A stretch of 35,323 bases of DNA, taken from NCBI GenBank assembly GCA_013138555.1, contig WTCN01000199.1, positions 1-35,323 of the forward strand. The letters run 5' to 3'. Positions 9,816 to 17,904 of the stretch are shown one piece after another (positions within the stretch are counted from its first letter, which is position 1; every line of letters starts with the position of its first letter). The DNA is from Methyloprofundus sp. (GTDB lineage: Bacteria > Pseudomonadota > Gammaproteobacteria > Methylococcales > Methylomonadaceae). The notes beneath the pieces were generated by a model, which made no database searches, was not told where the DNA came from, and saw only the letters and a program-made list of their open reading frames with translations. A program made the translations under genes and the position numbers.

Positions 9816-10705
9816 GTGCGTCTAAATAGTTGGTGGATAAGGCTATTTTGTTTCCAGAAAGGGATACAGTCTAGCTGGATATTTGCTGGCAGGGTTGTTT
9901 TAATAATGGGTTTGCTTAAACCTTCGCGGGCGGCTTTTAGATAAGACTTTAGTTCGCCAAAACTAAGCGCGCGAATCAGGCCAATCGCTAAGCGCGAAAA
10001 AATTAAATAACTTAGCTGTGGTTGTGGGTAATAACGGCGTAATAACCACAAAGTATTGCGTGTAGGGAAAAATATTCGTCGCGCACCTGGGCGTTGACTG
10101 GGGATGCCGCGATGGACAATAATGCATGCAGGGTCATAAAAAATATCATAGCCCTGTAAACGAACCTGAAAGCTTACTTCAATTTCATTTTGATAAAGAA
10201 AGAAGTCCTCAGGATACCAGCCAATTTTTGCAAATAAATCACGCCTGATAAGAAAACCACAGCCAATGAAAAAAGGTGAGCGAGTTAATGTCGCGCTCTT
10301 AGGTAAATGCCAGCTCCACTGTGGTGTACCGTCGGGTGACTGGATATGCGCGGCAATAAGACCAATGTCCTGACGTTGCTCTAAAGTCTGTAGCGCATGG
10401 TCTATGCCCGTAAGGTTGATAGGGCATGAGTCATCATCTAATATAAGTAAATACTCACCCTGTGCTTTGTTAAAGCCAGCGTTATACCCCGCAATACCGC
10501 TATTTTCAGGCAGTAAAATACTAATAATGCTGGTTTGTTCCTGTAAGTATTCCGCTGTACCATCTGCAGAGCCATTATCAACCGCAATAATCTCTATATC
10601 ATCACGATGAGCGCAAAGCTCTTGCAGACGAGAGCAGGTATTGTGAGTTTCTGCCAGTTTATTAAAGTTAAGGAATACTATGCTTAATTTTATTGCTGAA
10701 GTCAT
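9812..10705 (-). CDS. Glycosyltransferase family 2
   Basis: IIAVDNGSADGT, LILDDDS, FFLYQNE; 4-bp ATGA overlap with the next GT2. Confidence 0.88.
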   Translation of the reverse strand: MTSAIKLSIVFLNFNKLAETHNTCSRLQELCAHRDDIEIIAVDNGSADGTAEYLQEQTSIISILLPENSGIAGYNAGFNKAQGEYLLILDDDSCPINLTGIDHALQTLEQRQDIGLIAAHIQSPDGTPQWSWHLPKSATLTRSPFFIGCGFLIRRDLFAKIGWYPEDFFLYQNEIEVSFQVRLQGYDIFYDPACIIVHRGIPSQRPGARRIFFPTRNTLWLLRRYYPQPQLSYLIFSRLAIGLIRALSFGELKSYLKAAREGLSKPIIKTTLPANIQLDCIPFWKQNSLIHQLFRRT

Positions 10706-10743
10706 TTAATTAATAGGTTTAACGGCTCTAAAGGGAGTAATGT

Positions 10744-10772
10744 GTAGGACGGAATAGTGCCGTGTTTTCCGT
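10744..10772 (+). repeat. Degenerate GTAG REP-like hairpin
   Basis: GTAGG-ACGGAA...TTCCGT. Confidence 0.35.
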
Positions 10773-10781
10773 TATCGATGT

Positions 10782-11849
10782 TCACTTAATAATAAAATGC
10801 TCAATATTCGAATAAGCGCTAAGGCAGTTGTTATTATAACTGCTAATAGCAACATAATAAGCGCTACCCGTTTCAAGCCTGACAGAAAGATCGGTGGTAT
10901 GGTTCATATCAATACTTCCAATAGTTTGTGCTGCCGGGTAGGGGGCGTAATTTAAGCGATAACCTGATATATTATTTAAAGCATTCCAGCTTGTAGAGAC
11001 TATATTACCATTTATGTTGAGCTTAAGTGAAACCGGAGGAGGTAATTCATGGCTGCTGCAAATATGATCGGAAATAAAGCTGGCATAAGTTTTAAGACGA
11101 GTATAAACGCCGTAGAAATCGACTATTGCACAGCCAAATCCCCAGCTGGTGATACCTGCCTGATGCCAGGTCCGGCTTTCGCTGTCAAAAACAACAAGAG
11201 GTCCACCGCTATCACCAAAGCAGGTATCTTTAAGGCCTAGGCCTTCACCAGCACATAGCATACCATCAGTAATATCTCCCATTGCAGCATCGCAGCGTGG
11301 AGTGTCAATGATGGGTAATTCTACCTGATGCAGGTCTAAGGAGTATTGTCTCGATGTAGGAGAAATTGATCCCCAGCCTAAAGCAATGGCAGGTTTCCCT
11401 GCATTATCCTGAGAAGAAAAAGGTGCTAAAACCTGAATAGGCTGGATGTGTGAGGGGGTTGCTAATTTGATTAAAGCCAGATCATTTTCTAAGCTAAAAT
11501 TATCAAATAAAGGGTGGATGATTATTTGCTCTATTGCTAAGCGTTCGGCATTGCGGTTATCAAGTTCAGCCTGATTAATGATGATATCAAGGCTAGATTT
11601 ATCTTCATAAATCACGCAGTGAGCTGCGGTCAGTACCCAGTCTTTTGCAATCAGACTGGCACCACAAAATAATCCATCACTTATTGAGTAATGTTTATAG
11701 ACCAGGCCCGCCATCCAGGACCATGCATTTGAACCTGCTGTTCTTCCGCCTATTATTTTTGCTATTCTTGGTGTTGCAGAGGCGCTATTGAGATTAATTA
11801 ATACGAGTAGCAAAGCCTGTAAAAAGACAGTAAAGTTTTTTTTAGACAT
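10782..11849 (-). CDS. Secreted trypsin-like serine protease (S1A) with short C-terminal beta domain
   Basis: Signal peptide, K|IIGG activation site, LTAAHC / NDLALIKL / GDSGGPL catalytic triad, Asp in S1 pocket (DTCFGDS). Confidence 0.93.
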   Translation of the reverse strand: MSKKNFTVFLQALLLVLINLNSASATPRIAKIIGGRTAGSNAWSWMAGLVYKHYSISDGLFCGASLIAKDWVLTAAHCVIYEDKSSLDIIINQAELDNRNAERLAIEQIIIHPLFDNFSLENDLALIKLATPSHIQPIQVLAPFSSQDNAGKPAIALGWGSISPTSRQYSLDLHQVELPIIDTPRCDAAMGDITDGMLCAGEGLGLKDTCFGDSGGPLVVFDSESRTWHQAGITSWGFGCAIVDFYGVYTRLKTYASFISDHICSSHELPPPVSLKLNINGNIVSTSWNALNNISGYRLNYAPYPAAQTIGSIDMNHTTDLSVRLETGSAYYVAISSYNNNCLSAYSNIEHFIIK

Positions 11850-11901
11850 TGAAGTTCTCCGGAATGCGGTAGTAACAAAGTGTTAAAATTTAATTTCCTG
11901 A

Positions 11902-11936
11902 TTGTCGGGGCAATCCACAAGGGATTGTCCCGACAA
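11902..11936. repeat. Long hairpin between glf and protease
   Basis: TTGTCGGGGCAATCC-ACAAG-GGATTGTCCCGACAA (15-bp stem, one G-T pair). Confidence 0.6.
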
Positions 11937-12054
11937 AATACAGGATTAATCATTAAACACTTTCTAAGGATGAGCTATATTTTTTTGCCCGCCTTTTATG
12001 CTGATGGGCACGTTGTTACCTATTTGTTCATCCGGCAGAATGCAAAATCCTTGG

Positions 12055-13215
12055 CTAATCAGCAAATTTATCCTCAAAGACCTGTAAAGCCCGGGCGACA
12101 ATATCATCCATATCATAATAGCGGTTTTCTGCCAGACGCCCCACTAGGGTAATATTCTCAAATTGTTCGGCAAAATCCAGGTAGCGATCAAGCTTCTCTT
12201 TGTTTTCAGCGGTAAAAATAGGGTAGTAAGGAATATTTTTTTGCGGATTATTGCGCTCAAAATCCTGAGGGAATTCTTTAACGATTGAAGTGCCAGAGAT
12301 GGCTTGTTGGCTGATATGTTTAAACTCGGTGATACGAGTATAGTCATAATCATTAGGGTAATTGATTGTTGTCTTTTCCTGAAATTTATCCACAGCCAAA
12401 TGTTCAAATTGAAAAGCTAATGAACGATAAGGTAATTCACCAAAGCGGCTTTCGAATAACTCATCAACAAGACCGGTAAAAATTAATTGTCCATTAAATT
12501 CGGCGTTCATGAATTGCATGGCACCTGTCTCAAAATCAATCTTAAAAATATCTTTAAAATCTGTGTTTAACAATAAGCTGATATTGGGATGGTCAAGCAT
12601 ATTAGTAAATACCTTAGTATAGCCCTGTGCAGGAATGGCTTGATATTTATCTTGAAAATAGCGGTTATCACGGGAAATATGGACAGGTACACGTCCGGTT
12701 ACTTCAGGCGAGATGTCCTCAGGTTTTTTGCCCCACTGTTTAGCCGTATAATTAACGAAAATTTTCTCATAAATAAAGTCAGCAAGAAATTTCAGTTCTT
12801 TATCGTCAATATCGCGCAACTCCAGAATAGGGACTTTTACCCCATAACCAAAGCGCTCGATTAATTTAAGTTCCAGCGAGTCTGCCAGTGATTTAGGCAA
12901 TAAACTATGTAAGCTATTCAGGTTAAAAGGTACGGGCACTTTTTGTCCATCAATAAAAGCTAACACTTCATGCTGGTAGGGTTGCCACTGAGTAAACTGG
13001 CTTAAATAATCAAATACAGGTTTATTATCGGTATGGAATAAATGCGGGCCGTATTTGTGGATTAAAACTCCCTGCTCATCAAAGCAATCGTAGCAATTTC
13101 CGCCAATATGCTGGCGTTTATCAATGACTAAAATGCGCTTATTTTTTTGTGTAGCAAGGCGTTCAGCGAGGACAGAGCCAGCAAAGCCAGCACCAACAAT
13201 GATTGTGTCGAACAT
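12055..13215 (-). CDS. glf: UDP-galactopyranose mutase
   Basis: IVGAGFAG FAD motif, HIGGNCYD, HKYGPHLFHT, YTAKQWG, YTRITEFKH, GRLAENRYYDMD. Confidence 0.96.
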   Translation of the reverse strand: MFDTIIVGAGFAGSVLAERLATQKNKRILVIDKRQHIGGNCYDCFDEQGVLIHKYGPHLFHTDNKPVFDYLSQFTQWQPYQHEVLAFIDGQKVPVPFNLNSLHSLLPKSLADSLELKLIERFGYGVKVPILELRDIDDKELKFLADFIYEKIFVNYTAKQWGKKPEDISPEVTGRVPVHISRDNRYFQDKYQAIPAQGYTKVFTNMLDHPNISLLLNTDFKDIFKIDFETGAMQFMNAEFNGQLIFTGLVDELFESRFGELPYRSLAFQFEHLAVDKFQEKTTINYPNDYDYTRITEFKHISQQAISGTSIVKEFPQDFERNNPQKNIPYYPIFTAENKEKLDRYLDFAEQFENITLVGRLAENRYYDMDDIVARALQVFEDKFAD

Positions 13216-13303
13216 AAATAAAAAAGTAGAAATTAAAAAAGTCTATTATATAGACAAGTTATAGATTTTCAGAAAAATAATTTCACGGATACCACCTCTT
13301 TAA

Positions 13304-13411
13304 GGAACGTGCACGAAATAAAACCAGCAACTGGTCAATGCTTAATTATAGGCGCGGCTTTAGCCGCATTGTGCGGATAAATCGTTGATCAAGTTATTTC
13401 ATGCGCGTTCC
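13304..13411. mobile_element. 108-bp MITE with 18-bp TIRs and TAA target duplication
   Basis: Left GGAACGTGCACGAAATAA and right TTATTTCATGCGCGTTCC (16/18 inverted match); TAA at 13301-13303 and 13412-13414. Confidence 0.7.
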
Positions 13412-13498
13412 TAAGGAATGTTAGCCGTTATATAAATGGAATTTATTTATCTGAGAACCTATAGGATATTATCTTTTTTAAAATAGAAAATCGGTATT

Positions 13499-13507
13499 TG
13501 TTATAAT
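13499..13507 (+). promoter_or_regulatory. Candidate extended -10 promoter upstream of the lipoprotein/surface-protein unit
   Basis: TG-T-TATAAT; the AT-rich context makes chance matches possible. Confidence 0.35.
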
Positions 13508-13640
13508 TTTATGGAGGGGGTTGGTTATGGACTTGTTGAAAATATCGGATTACAGCTGAGGTGGAGTGATAGACTTTAGTGGGATAGATAAGTGGGTCGC
13601 TTACTTAAACCTAAGTAAAGTTAAATTCTATGAAAGAAAC

Positions 13641-13668
13641 TTGTTTTTTCTAAAATGACAACTATAAT
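13641..13668 (+). promoter_or_regulatory. Candidate sigma70 promoter upstream of the lipoprotein/surface-protein unit
   Basis: TTGTTT, 16 nt spacer, TATAAT. Confidence 0.35.
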
Positions 13669-13754
13669 ATGAACTTAAGTAGAAAAGCTAAAGTGCTTTA
13701 CCACTAGAGAAATTTGAGTATTAATTGAGGTGATTGATGGGGAGTGGTATTTAA

Positions 13755-14171
13755 GTGATTAAGCAGTCCATAATATGGGGACTACTATCTCTGATTATAT
13801 TTGTAATGAGTGGGTGTGCAGAATTTACTGCAAGTAATCCCGAAGAGGTAGTGGGTCAACGAGTTAATGAACGGTGGGCGGCGTTAATAGAAGGACGGCT
13901 GGAAACAGCTTATAGCTATGAAACGCCTGAGTACAGAGAGCTATACTCCTTTGCGGATTATAGAAAAACAATCAAAGGAGTGGGTTCCTGGAAGAAAATG
14001 GAAGTTGAACATATTGATTGTGCAGAAAAAAAATGTATTGCAAACATTGTAATTCATGTTAGAATCAACATTGGTATGGGCTTTGGGGTTGTTGAAAGTA
14101 ATGCTCGGGCCAAGGAGAACTGGATGCACCATTCCACATCAGGACAGTGGTACCATATCTCAGACCGTTAA
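13755..14171 (+). CDS. Outer-membrane lipoprotein of unknown function (NTF2-like fold guess)
   Basis: GTG start after GGGGAG; lipobox VMSG|C with Ala at +2; RVNERWAALIEG...AYSYETPEYR motif; CxxxxC pair. Confidence 0.8.
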   Translation: MIKQSIIWGLLSLIIFVMSGCAEFTASNPEEVVGQRVNERWAALIEGRLETAYSYETPEYRELYSFADYRKTIKGVGSWKKMEVEHIDCAEKKCIANIVIHVRINIGMGFGVVESNARAKENWMHHSTSGQWYHISDR

Positions 14172-14207
14172 ATTTTATAAAATTTATTTTTATTTTTGGA
14201 GAAGTAG

Positions 14208-15866
14208 ATGTTTAAAAAAACGAAAATTGCTGCTGTGACGGCAGCAGTATTGGGGCTATCAAGTATGGCTGCTCAGGCTGTTTCATTGAATGAAGCAGCA
14301 TCACAAGGGCAAGTGTTAATTTTTCCTTATTACAATGTTAACAATGGTTTTGTAACAGTTTTTAAGGTCACAAATACAACGAACGAGACTAAAGCGGTAA
14401 AAATTCGTTTTCGTGAGTCAGAGAACTCTAATGATGTATTAGATTTTAATCTCTACATGTCTCCTTTCGATGTATTTAGAATGGATCTTGTAGAAGGTCC
14501 TGATGGTGGTGTTCTGTTAAAAGCACCTGATACTTCTTGTACTCATCCTGAAATTCCTGACGCAGGTATTGACTTTAGACATGATGTATATGAGCATACT
14601 GATGTTAGCGATGTACGAGAAGGTTATTTGGAAGTCATCGAAATGGGGGTTGTGCCTATAGGGAAATTAGAAGGTCAAGAAGGTTCTGCTATTAATGTAG
14701 TGGCTGGTGTTGATCATGGGACGACTGGAGTACCTGCCGATTGTAGCGTAATTAGTGATGCATGGCAGCAAGGTGTCTTTACTCAAGGTGGTGCGGCATC
14801 CAATACAGCAACTATTGATATTAGAAATCCCAATGCGATTGGTTTCAAATATGAAGATCCTAACATGTCAGGTAGTATGAGTGAATCGGGCTTTTATGGT
14901 AAAGCTACGGTCGCTAATTTGAGTAAACCAACAGGTGGATTAATTGGAACATCAATTTTTATTGATACTCTGAATACTGCAGGTTATGTTGCTGAGCCTA
15001 CATCTATCGTTAACTACTCTACGATACCACAGCACTATTTATCTTCAGATCAAAATTTCTACTTATTACCTTCTTTAGCATCAGGAAGTATTCAGTCTAC
15101 TGAAAGCTTTACTTATGATGCTGCAGGCGCTCCAATGCTTGTAACGCGCGACTACCCAACTGTTACTAGAGACTGGGGATTGGACGATCCTAATGTTACA
15201 CCTAGAACACCTGTAGCTTCTGGAATTAACCCTTTTCCAATAGCGGATGCCATGGCAGTCACTGTGCTGGGTAATCAGTATTTCTTAGGAGAGGGTGGCA
15301 CAGTAAGTGATTTTGTCGTTTCTGCACCTATGAGAAAACACGGTATTTATAACAACTATCAGTTTTATCCAGCAGGAACAACAGAGCCAACAACCGGAGA
15401 ATTTGTTCCCGTAGCTGGAGAGGTAGAGAATGGATTCTGGAAGAAGTTAAGTGGAGTAGATCTTACTTCAACTTTTACTTACTTTAATAATGAAGAGCAG
15501 TTTACACAGCCTCAACCTGGTGATTTTTCTCCGCCTAAAGAAACAGAAACAGTAACACAAACGTTTGATAGAGAAGTTAATATCTTAGCTTTGCATATTC
15601 AAACTCTAGGTGAAGCCGCATCTGTGTTAGGGTCTGTTAATGCCGAACCTTTACCAGTAGTTTATACAGAAGGGTGGGGCGTTTTTTCATTTACGAAGGA
15701 TGAATATAACTTAGGTGCTGATCGCTTTGCTGCTTGGGGTGGTGAAGACTCAACAATTCCTGACGCAATGGGAGCACCTTTATTTGGTTTTGCAGCTATA
15801 AGAACACCTCTAAATGATGGGCATATTGGGGAGACATTTCCAAATATCTATAATAGAAAGCGTTAG
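14208..15866 (+). CDS. Secreted cell-surface protein, putative S-layer subunit
   Basis: Sec signal (..AAQA|V); N-terminal GQVLIFPYY...VTNT...KAVKIRFRE..NS.DVLDFNLYMSP.DV block that I recall from proteobacterial 'cell surface proteins'; acidic, G/T/S/V-rich, no TM anchor; GGAG RBS and own terminator. The CDS is certain, the S-layer role is inferred. Confidence 0.7.
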   Translation: MFKKTKIAAVTAAVLGLSSMAAQAVSLNEAASQGQVLIFPYYNVNNGFVTVFKVTNTTNETKAVKIRFRESENSNDVLDFNLYMSPFDVFRMDLVEGPDGGVLLKAPDTSCTHPEIPDAGIDFRHDVYEHTDVSDVREGYLEVIEMGVVPIGKLEGQEGSAINVVAGVDHGTTGVPADCSVISDAWQQGVFTQGGAASNTATIDIRNPNAIGFKYEDPNMSGSMSESGFYGKATVANLSKPTGGLIGTSIFIDTLNTAGYVAEPTSIVNYSTIPQHYLSSDQNFYLLPSLASGSIQSTESFTYDAAGAPMLVTRDYPTVTRDWGLDDPNVTPRTPVASGINPFPIADAMAVTVLGNQYFLGEGGTVSDFVVSAPMRKHGIYNNYQFYPAGTTEPTTGEFVPVAGEVENGFWKKLSGVDLTSTFTYFNNEEQFTQPQPGDFSPPKETETVTQTFDREVNILALHIQTLGEAASVLGSVNAEPLPVVYTEGWGVFSFTKDEYNLGADRFAAWGGEDSTIPDAMGAPLFGFAAIRTPLNDGHIGETFPNIYNRKR

Positions 15867-15917
15867 AAAGGTAAGTCACAGTATATAAATTAAAGAGATT
15901 TAATTTAGAGTGAGAAG

Positions 15918-15947
15918 AGGGAGATGTGTCATGCATCTCCCTTTTTT
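15918..15947 (+). terminator. Intrinsic terminator after the surface protein gene
   Basis: AGGGAGATGT-GTCAT-GCATCTCCCT-TTTTT. Confidence 0.8.
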
Positions 15948-16070
15948 ATATCAAAAAGAATGTTGCTTTCATTTGAATATAAACGTAGTTCTTATTTCGC
16001 TATCGTTTTATATGGATTATATAACGATGATGCAAACTGATAAATGAAAGGTGTAAAAGGGATAGTGTAA

Positions 16071-16946
16071 GTGAAAAAAATTACAGTTATATTATTATAT
16101 GGTTTTATATCTATAGCGCAGGCTGAGTTAGTAAGGGATAAAAGTGGTATTGACATTGGAAATAGCAATCTGGAAGTTTTATTGGAGGAAGCACCTGTCT
16201 ATGCACAAGTTAATCTGTTAAAAAACAGGAAAAAACTTTATGTGCAGCTTGAACGCTTGTATTTAAGAGATGCAGTTGCACAAATGGCAATACAAGAAGG
16301 GCTAGATAAGGAAGGTATGAATGCAGAAAGATTGCAGGCCATAAGGAATAAGGCATTATACCTATTAAAGTTGGATGCACTGAAAAAGTCGAATAAAAAA
16401 GATTATTCTCCATATGCTAAACAGGTTTATCTGGTTAATCAGGAAGACTACCCTATTGAAGAGAGAGTAAATGCAGCACATATTTTAATTTCTACAAAAA
16501 AGCGAACAGATGCAGAAGCATTAGGAAAGGCACAGAAAATCAGAGAGGAATTAACGCAAGGAGAGGTTTTTTCTACTTTGGCTTTACAGGAGTCTGATGA
16601 TAAATCCGTTAAGGACAATTTGGGCGAACTAGGAAATTTTAGCCGAGATCAAATGGTCAAGCCTTTTTCAGATGTAGTTTTTGCAATGCAGGTGGGTACT
16701 TTTTCAGAACCTGTAAAAACGCAATATGGTTATCATATTATTAAGCTGAATAAAAAACTGGTGAAGGGTGTTAAATCATTTGAAGAGGTTAAAGATAGTA
16801 TTATCACTAAGCTAAAAGAAAAAGATTGGGAGCGTACAAGAAAAGAGTTTTTTGAGCAGCTTAAAAAGGATAATAAGATGCAAATTGATGATAAAGCGGT
16901 TGATGAGTTTGTCAGAAAAAAGTTAAATGAGTTTGGTCGCCGGTAA
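16071..16946 (+). CDS. Periplasmic parvulin (PpiC-type) peptidyl-prolyl isomerase / foldase
   Basis: Signal peptide; VNAAHILIS, GELGNF...MVKPFSD, SEPVKTQYGYHIIKL rotamase motifs; PrsA/SurA-like helical flanks. Confidence 0.9.
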   Translation: MKKITVILLYGFISIAQAELVRDKSGIDIGNSNLEVLLEEAPVYAQVNLLKNRKKLYVQLERLYLRDAVAQMAIQEGLDKEGMNAERLQAIRNKALYLLKLDALKKSNKKDYSPYAKQVYLVNQEDYPIEERVNAAHILISTKKRTDAEALGKAQKIREELTQGEVFSTLALQESDDKSVKDNLGELGNFSRDQMVKPFSDVVFAMQVGTFSEPVKTQYGYHIIKLNKKLVKGVKSFEEVKDSIITKLKEKDWERTRKEFFEQLKKDNKMQIDDKAVDEFVRKKLNEFGRR

Positions 16947-16947
16947 G

Positions 16948-17108
16948 ACCTGAATTCGTATAATAAGCGAATAACCTCTGAAAGTAACGAATAGCATACA
17001 CCAGTTGAATTGAGACAAGACATAGGTGTAACTAAAACAGCTATCAAACAATTTACAGGGGCTGCAATGAGCTATAAGCACCTCTGTCCTGAAGAAAGAT
17101 ATTATACC
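16948..17108 (+). mobile_element. IS30-family left end and transposase N-terminal stub
   Basis: ATG at 17067 gives MSYKHLCPEERYY (IS30 HTH start), cut off at 17109 by another IS end. Confidence 0.55.
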
Positions 17109-17656
17109 GGGTGCGACCACCATTTGGGCCAAGTTAACTTAAAATATAGAACTAAGTCGAGCACCAAACTGGTTGATTTTCCGCCAAAACTGATGCCAAC
17201 GTTCTGCGGTTAAATTAAGCGCTCGTAAGTTTAAAATACAAGTAGCTTCCGTATCCCTCCTACACATATCAGAAAGACAGATGCGTTGCTTAATCAATGT
17301 TTTGCATGCTGCTTCAGTGATATCCGAACCAATAGGATAATTTAGTGAGGCATCACTGGCATAGCCCAGCTGGTGGCATCGGGTGTCTAAGCATCAGTCA
17401 ATCCTATATACTTAACATTAGGACAGTAAGCTTTTACCTATTCAATTTCCCGTATAAAACATTCAAAAAAATGGCTTTTCCCATGTTCAGGTGTGGCACC
17501 TATATAAATCGTATATTGCCGTTCTGTCTTTGCATTGTAAAAGCTGATGGTTCCCGTTATTGCTTCCCGCCAAGCCTCTTTTTTTGCATGCTTATTTCTG
17601 CAACTGAGGTACTTGAATTTTGTAAAAAATCGGCAGACACGTTCCGCTGATGACAT
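17109..17656 (-). pseudogene. ISKra4-family transposase remnant with terminal sequence
   Basis: 17438-17656 encodes AWREAITGTISFYN...TIYIGATPEHGK...REIE; ~17345-17139 encodes YPIGSDITEAACKTLIKQR...RWHQFWRKINQFG; GGGTGCGACC end at 17109-17118. Confidence 0.75.
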
Positions 17657-17769
17657 TCAGATAGATCAGTTTGCACGACTCGGACAGCACTGTGTGTCAT
17701 TTTAAAACTAACTTGGGCATCCTTCATATAGAACTAAGAGTAATTTACACTTTTTTGAGAGTAAACTAT

Positions 17770-17845
17770 CGTCATTCCTACATGCTTCTAGCAGGAATCT
17801 CGCGAGTTAAGCAAAGATTCCCGATAAAAGGTTTCGGGAATGACG
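17770..17845. repeat. dRS3/RPE-like composite palindrome, copy 1
   Basis: CGTCATTCCTACATGCTTCTAGCAGGAATCT...AGATTCCCGATAAAAGGTTTCGGGAATGACG. Confidence 0.75.
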
Positions 17846-17904
17846 CTTTTTCAACACATTGATGTTTCAAGTTTTATTTTACTATGGCTGAGAGTTGTAT
17901 GTCA

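Noticed and set aside
10782-11050. GlyGly-CTERM (VesB-like) anchor on the protease
   Set aside because: The C-terminus lacks a GG motif plus TM helix.
15700-16946. PEP-CTERM/exosortase system (basic C-terminus NRKR plus an EpsD-like PPIase)
   Set aside because: There is no PEP motif or TM helix before the basic tail, and no exosortase gene in the window.
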